This document shows positions 44,374-53,352 of a stretch of DNA of 64,000 nt, piece after piece. Both the position numbers and the translations under genes were made by a program. This DNA comes from a virus. The notes beneath the pieces were generated by a model that saw nothing but the letters and a program-made list of their open reading frames with translations, was not told the origin of the DNA and made no database searches. Numbering within the stretch: the stretch's first letter is position 1; every line of letters begins with the position of its first letter. The stretch spans positions 43,824 to 107,823 of the IMG/VR virus record IMGVR_UViG_3300006928_000001; one strand, given 5' to 3'.

Positions 44374-45722
44374 CTACTAGGCGCAAGCTCGAAATCGGTC
44401 CTGATGGGATGGCTGATGTCATGATTCTCACTGAGCCTATTCCTAGGCATCTATCAGTGGTGAATTGGGGTGCTAATAACCGCCCCGCTGAGTCTTGGAA
44501 AAGCGCAGAGATGACAGAAACCTCTAAGAGTACTCTACGAGAATTTCCTGCAGAAGTACTTCGCATGGACGGTTTCAATATGGAACGTGTTCAAGGGTTC
44601 CTTAGCGAGACTCTCGACGCGTTTTCCACAGTCGCTGCAGATATTCTCAGCAAGCCTTTGACTGCTGCTGAACGTTCTGCTCAAATTCGCGCAATTGCAA
44701 GTCAGGCTGGAGCCCGAGTCGCAGCATTCGCTTTTGCGGCTGGTCCAGCTGTTAAGGCTATCGCTAAGACTTACAAGACTGTCGGTCTTAAGCCCCCTGC
44801 ACCTCAGGAAAATTCGACGCTTCAGGCTGAGCTTGATCGTCGTCAATTCATGTCTGCCGTTGAGCAGTACAACGCGTCTATTACTGACGAAGTTCTTTCC
44901 GTCATTCGCGACGCATCCACTCCGTCTTCTGCTACCGAGTCCATTCTGTCACTATTCGGTGATATGGGCAGTCTTTTCTCTAAGTGGGCAGCAGCCCTTC
45001 CTGATGGTGTTGTCGGCGTTAAGCAGACTGCTCCTGAAGAGACTAAGAACGCTGGAGCCCGTCACAGTAAGGGTGATAAGGCTAAGCTGAAGGCGGCGCT
45101 AGACGCCATTTCTGCTCTCCTCGACGGGGACGACGAAAATCAACCGACTTCTACGGAGAATTCCGCCATGAACATCAGCATTAAGGACCTTCAGGCTCTC
45201 GCTGAAGAGAACCCCGTCGGTCTGGTCCACGCGATCAAGACCGCTTTCGAGCAGGCTGCTAAGATGGCTCCTGAAACGACCAAGAAGTTCTCTTGGGGCG
45301 ATACTGGAGTTGAGCAGCACGATCCTTCGGCTATCATCAACGAGCTTATCGGCTTCCAGGGTGGCGAAGCCATTGGTCGTGTCATTGCTGGTGCTGTCGC
45401 TGGTATCGACGTTGGCTCGATGGCAGAGCGTGATAACGTCCAGGTCGCTTCTACTATGCGCTCCGGTATTGTCGCTCACTGCGCAGCCGAGATTAAGGCT
45501 AACCCTAAGGGTGAGCTCGCTGAAGCACTCAAGACGGCTATGGCTGAGGATATCGGCGAGGCTGTTGAGGCTTCCCTCAAGGCTCTGCTTGAAGGCATGA
45601 CGCCTGATGATGGCGGTACTGATTCCGCGCCTGGTGCGTTTGGTCTCGGTGGCCTTCGCCCCGCTCCGACTGAGAAGTCGGAATCTGATCCTTTCAAGGT
45701 TGTGTACCCCGGTCAGGGCTGA
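44370..45722 (+). CDS. Capsid scaffold / maturation protein
   Basis: LSVVNWGAN motif, Ala-rich helical body, directly upstream of the capsid gene. Confidence 0.6.
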   Translation: MTTRRKLEIGPDGMADVMILTEPIPRHLSVVNWGANNRPAESWKSAEMTETSKSTLREFPAEVLRMDGFNMERVQGFLSETLDAFSTVAADILSKPLTAAERSAQIRAIASQAGARVAAFAFAAGPAVKAIAKTYKTVGLKPPAPQENSTLQAELDRRQFMSAVEQYNASITDEVLSVIRDASTPSSATESILSLFGDMGSLFSKWAAALPDGVVGVKQTAPEETKNAGARHSKGDKAKLKAALDAISALLDGDDENQPTSTENSAMNISIKDLQALAEENPVGLVHAIKTAFEQAAKMAPETTKKFSWGDTGVEQHDPSAIINELIGFQGGEAIGRVIAGAVAGIDVGSMAERDNVQVASTMRSGIVAHCAAEIKANPKGELAEALKTAMAEDIGEAVEASLKALLEGMTPDDGGTDSAPGAFGLGGLRPAPTEKSESDPFKVVYPGQG

Positions 45723-45766
45723 TACTTTAACCACGATTCCTTCCTCTTCGATCCAGGAGACTCACG

Positions 45767-47185
45767 ATGGGCGACGCCATCAAGAACCAGGCCCTTGCGG
45801 CCGTTCAGAACCTCATCGGTGGCGGCATGCCGGTTCGCACCGAGAACAACGCGAGCCCTGTGACCCCACAAGGTAGCCAGAATCCCGGGGAAGCTCCTGT
45901 AGCTACTTTCCGCGGTACAGGCTATCTGGGTGTCGACGACGAGCCTGCTGGCTCGGCTTTGAACCCTCAGGCACAGCTCGGACTTTTCAGCAAGATTCGT
46001 AGTGAGAGTCAGTGGCTTCGGTACACGACTTTCCGGCCGGTCGACGCTTCTCAGGGCTTTATTGACCTGTGGGATGATCGTGGCTTTCGGATGAAGCCTA
46101 CTGCGAAGGAAGGCCCGCGTCCGAATATTCCTCTGCACAAGCCCGATGTGTCGCAGACTCAGTTCAGTACGAACACTCTTTCCGGTGCTTTTGGACTTCG
46201 TTTGCCGTCTATTCGTGCAGCAGCCAAGGCTGGTCAGAACGTCAACGCACTCGTTCAGCGTGGTGTGTCTGCGGGGATTGCTAATGTCCTCGCTGATATT
46301 GGTGTGAACGGCAACTCTGGTCTTCCTTCTGATACTGATGAGAACGCTCAGCGTTCTACTTGTGACGGTTGGTATCAGAAGATGCGGGATAACAGCCCGA
46401 ACTATCAGGGTCAGGCGAACGGTTTTGGGTACCACAATGGTCTGTGGGCTGGTATGCTGCATCAGATTGATAAGGCATACCGTAACCATCCTGGTCTTGC
46501 GTGGGGTCTTACCGACACTCTGTCCAGCCGGTGGCTGACTGAGCTCTCTGCTACTGGTTCTAACCCCAGTAACGCTCATCCGAGTATCGTTAACAACCTC
46601 GGTAGCAACCTGCTTAACGCTGTTGGTACCCAGGCGAATCCACTCGGTAAGTTTGGTGTCATCATGCCGCAGCTTGATGACCAGATGTGGAGCTCTGATG
46701 AGGGTTACGACGGTATCGCTCCTACGTCTATCACGGACAATGGTGATGGCACTCTGACGATTAACGTCAACTCGCTTGCTGATAGCGGTACTGACCGCTC
46801 CAGCACTGGTGACGACGGTCAGCGTTACATGGTCATTGGTTGCGCCGATACTGGCGTTGAAGAGATCGTTGAAGTCGATTACTCTGCGCCAAACAACACG
46901 GTGGATACTACCTCTCTGCTTGGTCAGAACACGGCTAGCACGACCGCTAGTGACTACTACATCCGTTGGGCTGATTGTCAGTCTCTCTTCCTTGGGCCCT
47001 GGCAGTACCTTGCTCTGGTCGCTCAGCACGGAATGCGCATCTACACGGTGTTCTACCCGCACGATGAGACCATCGAGGTTATCATCCACGCTGATATTGA
47101 CTACGTCGTTATTGATTACGAGGCGACTAGCCTTGTTGACGACCTCATCTCCCCGCAGTTCGACATTCTCCCCGTCACCGTCTGA
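45767..47185 (+). CDS. Major capsid protein (HK97 fold, XkdG/P2-like) with insertion domain
   Basis: LNPQAQ..F..I..ES..L, DIGVNG, DGWY; position in module; highly expressed codon bias. Confidence 0.8.
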   Translation: MGDAIKNQALAAVQNLIGGGMPVRTENNASPVTPQGSQNPGEAPVATFRGTGYLGVDDEPAGSALNPQAQLGLFSKIRSESQWLRYTTFRPVDASQGFIDLWDDRGFRMKPTAKEGPRPNIPLHKPDVSQTQFSTNTLSGAFGLRLPSIRAAAKAGQNVNALVQRGVSAGIANVLADIGVNGNSGLPSDTDENAQRSTCDGWYQKMRDNSPNYQGQANGFGYHNGLWAGMLHQIDKAYRNHPGLAWGLTDTLSSRWLTELSATGSNPSNAHPSIVNNLGSNLLNAVGTQANPLGKFGVIMPQLDDQMWSSDEGYDGIAPTSITDNGDGTLTINVNSLADSGTDRSSTGDDGQRYMVIGCADTGVEEIVEVDYSAPNNTVDTTSLLGQNTASTTASDYYIRWADCQSLFLGPWQYLALVAQHGMRIYTVFYPHDETIEVIIHADIDYVVIDYEATSLVDDLISPQFDILPVTV

Positions 47186-47253
47186 GGTTAATCGTTCTTG
47201 AGTTCACTGTCATAACTGCCAAAGCTCAACATCCGTTTCATTCTTGTCGTAGA

Positions 47254-47499
47254 GTGAAACGGGGTTATACGGTGGTTCTGGAACCAAACAAATACCCAAA
47301 ACATGCTAAAGCGGTTGAAAAGCTGCGAGCTGACTCGGGTAGATGGAAAGAGACAGAAAAGACTGAACTCAAGAAGCCTGAGCCTGAGTCAGAGGCGGAA
47401 CCCACCTCAGAGGTCCTCCTCCCGCATCAAGCTAGGGCGATCGAAGAGATTAGACGAAACCGAGAAAACTTCACTCACTCTACGGAGACGACAAAATGA
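47254..47499 (+). CDS. Small post-capsid protein (start uncertain)
   Basis: Frame open back to 47140; ATGA overlap downstream. Confidence 0.5.
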   Translation: MKRGYTVVLEPNKYPKHAKAVEKLRADSGRWKETEKTELKKPEPESEAEPTSEVLLPHQARAIEEIRRNRENFTHSTETTK

Positions 47500-48455
47500 G
47501 TCTCGATGTTTACAACGCGTCGATGGTTGCGGGTGGCGAAAGCAGCCTGTCCATGCCCCCGCTTGAGGTTCGCGGCCTGGAGGTTATCCCGGCTGTTGAG
47601 ACCCTTTCCTCTCAGCTGACTGGTGATACCGACTCGGTTCTCACTATCGCATACAAGAAGGGCGCTGTCCGTATGTTCGGATACGTCAAGGAGTTTCAGC
47701 AGACTGAACTGACGCTGATCAGTACTTCTGGTGAAGCTCATATGACTGCTGGCCAGGCACAGTGGTACACCTTGTGTGCAGTTCAGCATCGTAATGCCGG
47801 AGCAATTTCTGTGATTGCTGTTGCCGGTACGATTGCTGCATTCGCTTCTGTCGCGAAGCTCACCTTTGCCGAGATTCTTGCAGCTCTCGGTAAGGGAGAT
47901 GCTGACGCCAACGTGGTGATTCTTGGTGATGCGCGCTTCTACCGCAGTGCTGACACCGTGATGGAAGTTGCTGTTGACGGTGATCGCCGAGGTTGGTTCG
48001 TCGATGAAGCTGATAAGACCATGTTGGGTGTTAAGACGACTGCTGATGTCTCGACTCTCAACGAGGTTTACGGCGGTTTCATGGACTTTCCGGTTGATCT
48101 GACCACTCTGTCCGGTGTTACCCCTGGTAACCTTGCAGTTGATGGTGCTGATCTGCCTAAGTGGCCGTTCGGTGGAACCATTCAGGGTCTTGAGTACATT
48201 GGTACTGTTGACGGCGCTAACTCCGGTGCAGACATCACCCTCAAGGCGCAGATTGATGGTACCGCGGTGACCGATTCCGATCTGAATCTGACGCTGGCCA
48301 ACACGGCTGTTCCGTCTACTGTTGACGGTAGTACTCCTAGTGCTAACGACAGTTGGGCCCCTGGTGATGGGTTTGACATTGAGGTTGACGCTGTTGATAC
48401 GGCGTTCACTGCTGGTTCTGGAATCGTGCGCGTCCATCTTGGCCGCTACGAGTGA
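47496..48455 (+). CDS. Head decoration / structural protein
   Basis: A/G/T/D-rich beta protein after the capsid gene. Confidence 0.55.
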   Translation: MSLDVYNASMVAGGESSLSMPPLEVRGLEVIPAVETLSSQLTGDTDSVLTIAYKKGAVRMFGYVKEFQQTELTLISTSGEAHMTAGQAQWYTLCAVQHRNAGAISVIAVAGTIAAFASVAKLTFAEILAALGKGDADANVVILGDARFYRSADTVMEVAVDGDRRGWFVDEADKTMLGVKTTADVSTLNEVYGGFMDFPVDLTTLSGVTPGNLAVDGADLPKWPFGGTIQGLEYIGTVDGANSGADITLKAQIDGTAVTDSDLNLTLANTAVPSTVDGSTPSANDSWAPGDGFDIEVDAVDTAFTAGSGIVRVHLGRYE

Positions 48456-48481
48456 TCATCTCCGGCCGGTAGGAGGCCGGT

Positions 48482-49507
48482 ATGCGTCACGAAGTTCAGC
48501 AGCGGGATAAGATCCGCGTTTACATGCAGGTCATCTCGTCGGGGGCAGGCCAAACTGGTCTGTCCCCTGTCGCGCTTTTGAAGCGCGTTTCTGACGGACA
48601 ATACTGGAGTGGGTCAGCTTGGCAAGCTTCTGCTACAACTTTCACGTTGGCAGAAGTTGATGCCACAGACCAACCAGGTTTGTACCTTAACGAAGTAAGT
48701 GCCGACTCAGACTTTTTTGACGCCCTACTCGGCGCAGAAGGGTATGAAGCCGTAGTTTCTGAAGCGACGACTCCTTTGGAGGAGCACGTTCGTATCGAGG
48801 TGATACCTGAGGTGCGAGCTGGTGCTGTGTTGGCATTTGACGTAGATGTTGACGTAGTTTCTCAAACTGAAGCGGTCATGGTGAGTGAAACTCGTCGGAT
48901 TCCACTAACACTTGTCACTTCGCCTCCCCAGTACGGGCATGCTGGCGCGTTCGACTTGGCACACGCTCTACTAACTGTTTCCGGCACTACTGATGATCTC
49001 ATCGCTGATGCCGTGGCAGTTAGCGAGTTTGTCGAGTCTGGAGCCCCTGTTGCTACTACTGCTGCTGCTGTTAGTAGTACACCAGCATTTTCGGCTGGTG
49101 GAGGCCCTAATTCAGAAGATGTCTATGACATCACAGTTGATGACTCCGGTGTGTTTTCTGTAGGCCAATTTGTGCGTGCGGTAGATAAGGATGCTGGTGA
49201 AGGTCTCATCCATGAGATTCTTGAACTACCGGACGGAACCTCCATTCTGGTTCATGCTATTTCTGGCAAGATCGATATTGTAGACGGCGATATACTTGAG
49301 CGCGTCATCCCTACGGGGGTGTACACTGGGTACATTGATATTCCAATTAGCGATTATCTATCGTTTACCAATAGTACTGGTACACTCATTATGGTAGGAG
49401 AACCTGTAATCACCGGTGATGGGCCGGTGTTTAGCACCGACTTCAAGGTGACTTGGATTCGTGAGCTGCGGGTTGATCCGACAGGGAGTGGATTCCGTGC
49501 AGGCTGA
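48482..49507 (+). CDS. Virion structural protein (Ig-like)
   Basis: GQTGLSP...LAEVDATDQPGLY module. Confidence 0.55.
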   Translation: MRHEVQQRDKIRVYMQVISSGAGQTGLSPVALLKRVSDGQYWSGSAWQASATTFTLAEVDATDQPGLYLNEVSADSDFFDALLGAEGYEAVVSEATTPLEEHVRIEVIPEVRAGAVLAFDVDVDVVSQTEAVMVSETRRIPLTLVTSPPQYGHAGAFDLAHALLTVSGTTDDLIADAVAVSEFVESGAPVATTAAAVSSTPAFSAGGGPNSEDVYDITVDDSGVFSVGQFVRAVDKDAGEGLIHEILELPDGTSILVHAISGKIDIVDGDILERVIPTGVYTGYIDIPISDYLSFTNSTGTLIMVGEPVITGDGPVFSTDFKVTWIRELRVDPTGSGFRAG

Positions 49508-50816
49508 TGTAGTTGCTACTAGGCAAGAAGCATTCGACCTTACGTATGCGACTAGTCCCGCTCGTACTGGTTCTACGGTACAGATTGAAACCATTTACGG
49601 TATTGATGGTGTAGATACTGGTGTAGACAGTAGCGGCGACGATTTGGTATTCCCTTTGTCTATGACTGAGGGCGGAACTGGTGTCTATTCCGTTGAAGTT
49701 AGGTTGGATAGCTCTGGACCGTATTGGGTTCGTATCAGCATCGATGGTACTGTTGAAGACGTTCTGTTGGTTAGAGTTCATGCCAATGACGTTGCCGATG
49801 ACGCTCAAGTAGATGTAGCAACGACTATTGGACTAGTGGCGTCGACATCTCCAACATCTGTACAGCTCACCATTACCGATTCGGCCGGGTCAGGTGCCGG
49901 TGCTGATGATAATGGAGACGATATTTCTTGGCCTGAAGCTATGATTCAGGTTCCAGGATACACCGATAGTTGGTACTACGAAGATGTAACCTTCTCTGAA
50001 GGCGGCACATACCAGGTAGTTATCGCCCCTACTCCTGGGTCGATTCGTACTGATGCTTTTACGGTATATGAATCTCCAGCTTCAGTCGCACTGGCACACT
50101 ATAACGGCTGGGAGCCTACTACACTTCTTGAGTCTAACCAGTGGCTAACCCTATCGTATATTCGTCGTTGGACTGGATGGGATGTTAATGCTATTGGGAA
50201 TGAAAATCTGCGTGAACTTCGTAGAATGGCTATCGATACGTTCATCGGCGAAACTAACATTTGGGCTCCAGCATGGGTAGGCACCTGGTACGGTCTAAAG
50301 GGCCAAGGTTCTCGTCTAGATTTGCCAGTTTCTCTCCTTCTACCTAGTGATGGAGGTTCAGTACCAAGCGTAAGTTATTACGAGCCGTACGGCGATCAAA
50401 CGGTTGTTGATAACATCGATAACGGTGATCTCATTTGGCGTGTACGCGGAAGGCATATTAAGCAACCGTACATTGAGCGAGTGCACGGTAGCTGGTGGAA
50501 CAGTGCGTACGATGTAAAAATCACTGGAACATTTGGTCTGGTTGACCACGATCGAAAGCTTCCTACAGACATTCGTCAAGCGGTCGTTGGTCTCATCAGA
50601 TGGCATAGTTTGTCGTTTGGTGTAGATGCAGACGAGGCACGTGACCAAGCTACCTTGAACCGTATTGCCCGTGAATCTTCACGAGACATGGGCGTTATGT
50701 ACTCAGAATCAGCAATTGGCCGAGGTATTACCGGTGACGTAACAGTTGATCGCATCATCAATAAATACAGAGTGTCTGCTGGCTCGTGGGTAAGGAAGTG
50801 CGGTGATGCGGGATAG
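49497..50816 (+). CDS. Head-tail adaptor with N-terminal Ig-like domains
   Basis: C-terminal VKITGTFG...LPTDIRQAV...TGDVTVDRIINKYR is typical of adaptors. Confidence 0.65.
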   Translation: MQADVVATRQEAFDLTYATSPARTGSTVQIETIYGIDGVDTGVDSSGDDLVFPLSMTEGGTGVYSVEVRLDSSGPYWVRISIDGTVEDVLLVRVHANDVADDAQVDVATTIGLVASTSPTSVQLTITDSAGSGAGADDNGDDISWPEAMIQVPGYTDSWYYEDVTFSEGGTYQVVIAPTPGSIRTDAFTVYESPASVALAHYNGWEPTTLLESNQWLTLSYIRRWTGWDVNAIGNENLRELRRMAIDTFIGETNIWAPAWVGTWYGLKGQGSRLDLPVSLLLPSDGGSVPSVSYYEPYGDQTVVDNIDNGDLIWRVRGRHIKQPYIERVHGSWWNSAYDVKITGTFGLVDHDRKLPTDIRQAVVGLIRWHSLSFGVDADEARDQATLNRIARESSRDMGVMYSESAIGRGITGDVTVDRIINKYRVSAGSWVRKCGDAG

Positions 50817-51237
50817 AACACGACGACCGCAGATGATCACGATCCGACCGCTGGAAGAACCTACTACGGACGTGTTTGGTGACGTATCAATTATGTCTCA
50901 AACACACCGTGCAGCGTCCTTTCGGATGAAAGGACAAGTGACTCATACTGGTGGACTCTTGTTTGACGACGGTCGTCCTGGTCGAAGTATCTCATACGCC
51001 GCGACTGTGATGCTACGTAAACGAGATGTACCGGCAGCTGCTCCAGTTGATTGGTCACCAAGTTCTAACGATCTATTTGACCTAGCTGATGGCAGAAAAT
51101 TGTTCGTTGTAGACGTCCAACCAGCGTACCCGAAAAAGATCTCTATCCGAAACCCAAATGGTGGTTTTGCCGGATGGCGCGTCACACTGAGTGACAGACA
51201 GCCTACCCTGTCGGCTGCGGATCAGTACGAATCATGA
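50803..51237 (+). CDS. Head closure (stopper) protein
   Basis: Size, position, DVFG...MKGQV. Confidence 0.55.
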   Translation: MMRDRTRRPQMITIRPLEEPTTDVFGDVSIMSQTHRAASFRMKGQVTHTGGLLFDDGRPGRSISYAATVMLRKRDVPAAAPVDWSPSSNDLFDLADGRKLFVVDVQPAYPKKISIRNPNGGFAGWRVTLSDRQPTLSAADQYES

Positions 51238-51297
51238 GCCGTGGACTCATCGAAAGTCTCGGGGTACACTACAGGTCTGAAGCATGGTTGACGGTTA

Positions 51298-52083
51298 ATG
51301 GGTACCGAATTTGTCGACAGCGACATGCTGGGAATCATGGGCCAAGTGTCCAAACCTTCTCAGTCACGCCAGAGTAAGGCAGCAGCCAAGCTCGCGGGTG
51401 TTGGTGTATCGGCAGTTTCTGGTTCGAAGAATGACTTCATCATTCTGCAAAATCTCATTAGCCCGATTCAGAAGTTTTACGGTCAGTTGGCGGCACTCAG
51501 TAACCGTCTTCGAAACAAGCCACCTGAGGTTCAGAACAAAGTTGCGTACGCTATTGCTCAGGTGTATCGAAACCGACTTCGTAGAGGTGTTGGCCAAAAG
51601 TTGAGCCCGTTGACTAAGGTCTTGACAGATGACCATAAACCTCTGTCTACGCTAGCTGACCATGTTGTCGTACGCCAGGCTCAAGGGTATCGTCCAGCAG
51701 TTGTTACGTTCGAAAATAGTGGTGGAAAGAGCTGGGCTCGTATTGCTTGGATGCTAGAAAATGGGTATTGGATTGATGTTAAGGCACGACCTGACATCAA
51801 AGCCCGTCTTTTCTGGATTGCTCAACAGCGTGCAGGCACTACTGATCTTCTGCGTATTCTTGATGACCCAGGGAGCGGGCGTCAATACTGGGAGGTTCCA
51901 CCACGACCACACCAGCATTTTCTACGTGATAAGAAGCTAGATGCTATTTTACGAGAATTTAGTATGTATGTCTTCTTCGGCCAACCGATGTCGCCACAGG
52001 CGACTTGGATGCTAAAGAACACCACACCTGCTAAGCGCACTCAGTTCAAGATTATCGAGAAGGAACAATTCGTTGAGCGTTGA
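51298..52083 (+). CDS. Neck / tail completion protein
   Basis: LSPLT...PL, IAWMLENG, VPPRP motifs. Confidence 0.6.
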   Translation: MGTEFVDSDMLGIMGQVSKPSQSRQSKAAAKLAGVGVSAVSGSKNDFIILQNLISPIQKFYGQLAALSNRLRNKPPEVQNKVAYAIAQVYRNRLRRGVGQKLSPLTKVLTDDHKPLSTLADHVVVRQAQGYRPAVVTFENSGGKSWARIAWMLENGYWIDVKARPDIKARLFWIAQQRAGTTDLLRILDDPGSGRQYWEVPPRPHQHFLRDKKLDAILREFSMYVFFGQPMSPQATWMLKNTTPAKRTQFKIIEKEQFVER

Positions 52084-53341
52084 TGTCATGGCCCTTGATG
52101 CACGCTATGCCACTGCTAGTGGCGATGTATACGTGCATCTCGGTATTGCCAGGCTAAACCTCAACAAGTCCGCTGAACCTTCTGGTACACTTGTTTTTCC
52201 TGAAGTTGAGAGTACGGGAACAGTAGTCAACTGGTTGGCTGCTGAGATTATCGGTCTTGAAGACCCGAGTCTTGATGGAATTCGTATCAGGCTTCAGCGC
52301 GAAGACGGGGGTCAATTCTATATCGATCGAGCTGATGGTAAGGTTAAGTCTGTCTCTGACACATCTACGTGGGACAGTGAGTATACCCCGCCGTATGCTC
52401 TGTCTCTGCTTGATGGGTGGACCGGTCCACACTTGACTGTAGTTGTTTATCTAGTTAGTACAGAAAACCAACCAGACCCTCGGTTTAGTCGTGTGTCAAT
52501 CCTTGTAGATTTTCCGGCTTGGGAAGGTGCAATCGCCCAGTGCGTCCGTGAAGTGGCTGAATTTGTTAGAGACCTTGAACCGATCATCATTCATCGTGAA
52601 ACAGTCTCATCCGATACTCAATCGTGGAAGCCTGGGAAACCATATTCTGAACAAGGAATTCAGGTAACTGATGTCGTGCAAGTCACTCTTGACGGAGTAC
52701 ATAAGAGTTCAACGTACTCTAACGGTGTGGTAACACTATCGGGTCCTCCTGCTAAAACCGGTCAAGTCGTAGAAATTGCGATGAAGATTCGGGCGACTAT
52801 GACATTTCGTCGTGTAGACCAAAGCAGGATTCTTCACTATACGCCCGCTTGGCTGTTGCGTAATGCTGTTGTTTCTGGCGGACTTGTCGGTAAGGCCCCG
52901 GGAATTGAAGTTGGCGGTTACAAGGTTGAGGAACGCCATCATGAACTTCGAATCACTATTCAAGGCGTCGCTACACAGCTTAATCATGCTTTTGCCATGC
53001 GGTTGGCTCTTCAGACCGGATTTGCTGATGGCCTCAACGTCATTTTCCCAGGTGGACGATGTGTCAACGCTCAACTTGACGGTCTAATCGAGATTGTAGA
53101 AGCTGGAACGGACGAGAGTCTTCCTATGGCCCAAGGCGTGGTCATTCTTCCAGTCAACGAATTTGTGAAAGCGACCAGTTTTCGAAAGCAACGTGTCACC
53201 GCGGAAGACGTGGTGTCTAATCCATCCTTGGTTGAAGGTGCGTATGTTAATACGAACCTCAACATCACTTTGCCTACCGGACAAGTCATCTTTTCGTTTG
53301 ACGACGATGGTGATTTTGTCAACGAATCTCCAAACCAGTAG
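52073..53341 (+). CDS. Tail terminator-like protein
   Basis: Position immediately before the sheath gene. Confidence 0.45.
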   Translation: MSVDVMALDARYATASGDVYVHLGIARLNLNKSAEPSGTLVFPEVESTGTVVNWLAAEIIGLEDPSLDGIRIRLQREDGGQFYIDRADGKVKSVSDTSTWDSEYTPPYALSLLDGWTGPHLTVVVYLVSTENQPDPRFSRVSILVDFPAWEGAIAQCVREVAEFVRDLEPIIIHRETVSSDTQSWKPGKPYSEQGIQVTDVVQVTLDGVHKSSTYSNGVVTLSGPPAKTGQVVEIAMKIRATMTFRRVDQSRILHYTPAWLLRNAVVSGGLVGKAPGIEVGGYKVEERHHELRITIQGVATQLNHAFAMRLALQTGFADGLNVIFPGGRCVNAQLDGLIEIVEAGTDESLPMAQGVVILPVNEFVKATSFRKQRVTAEDVVSNPSLVEGAYVNTNLNITLPTGQVIFSFDDDGDFVNESPNQ

Positions 53342-53352
53342 CGGAGGCCTAG

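Noticed and set aside
45713-48437. Long antisense ORFs (458 aa and 320 aa), and similar ones opposite other genes
   Set aside because: Shadow frames of strongly codon-biased genes; no RBS or recognisable motifs
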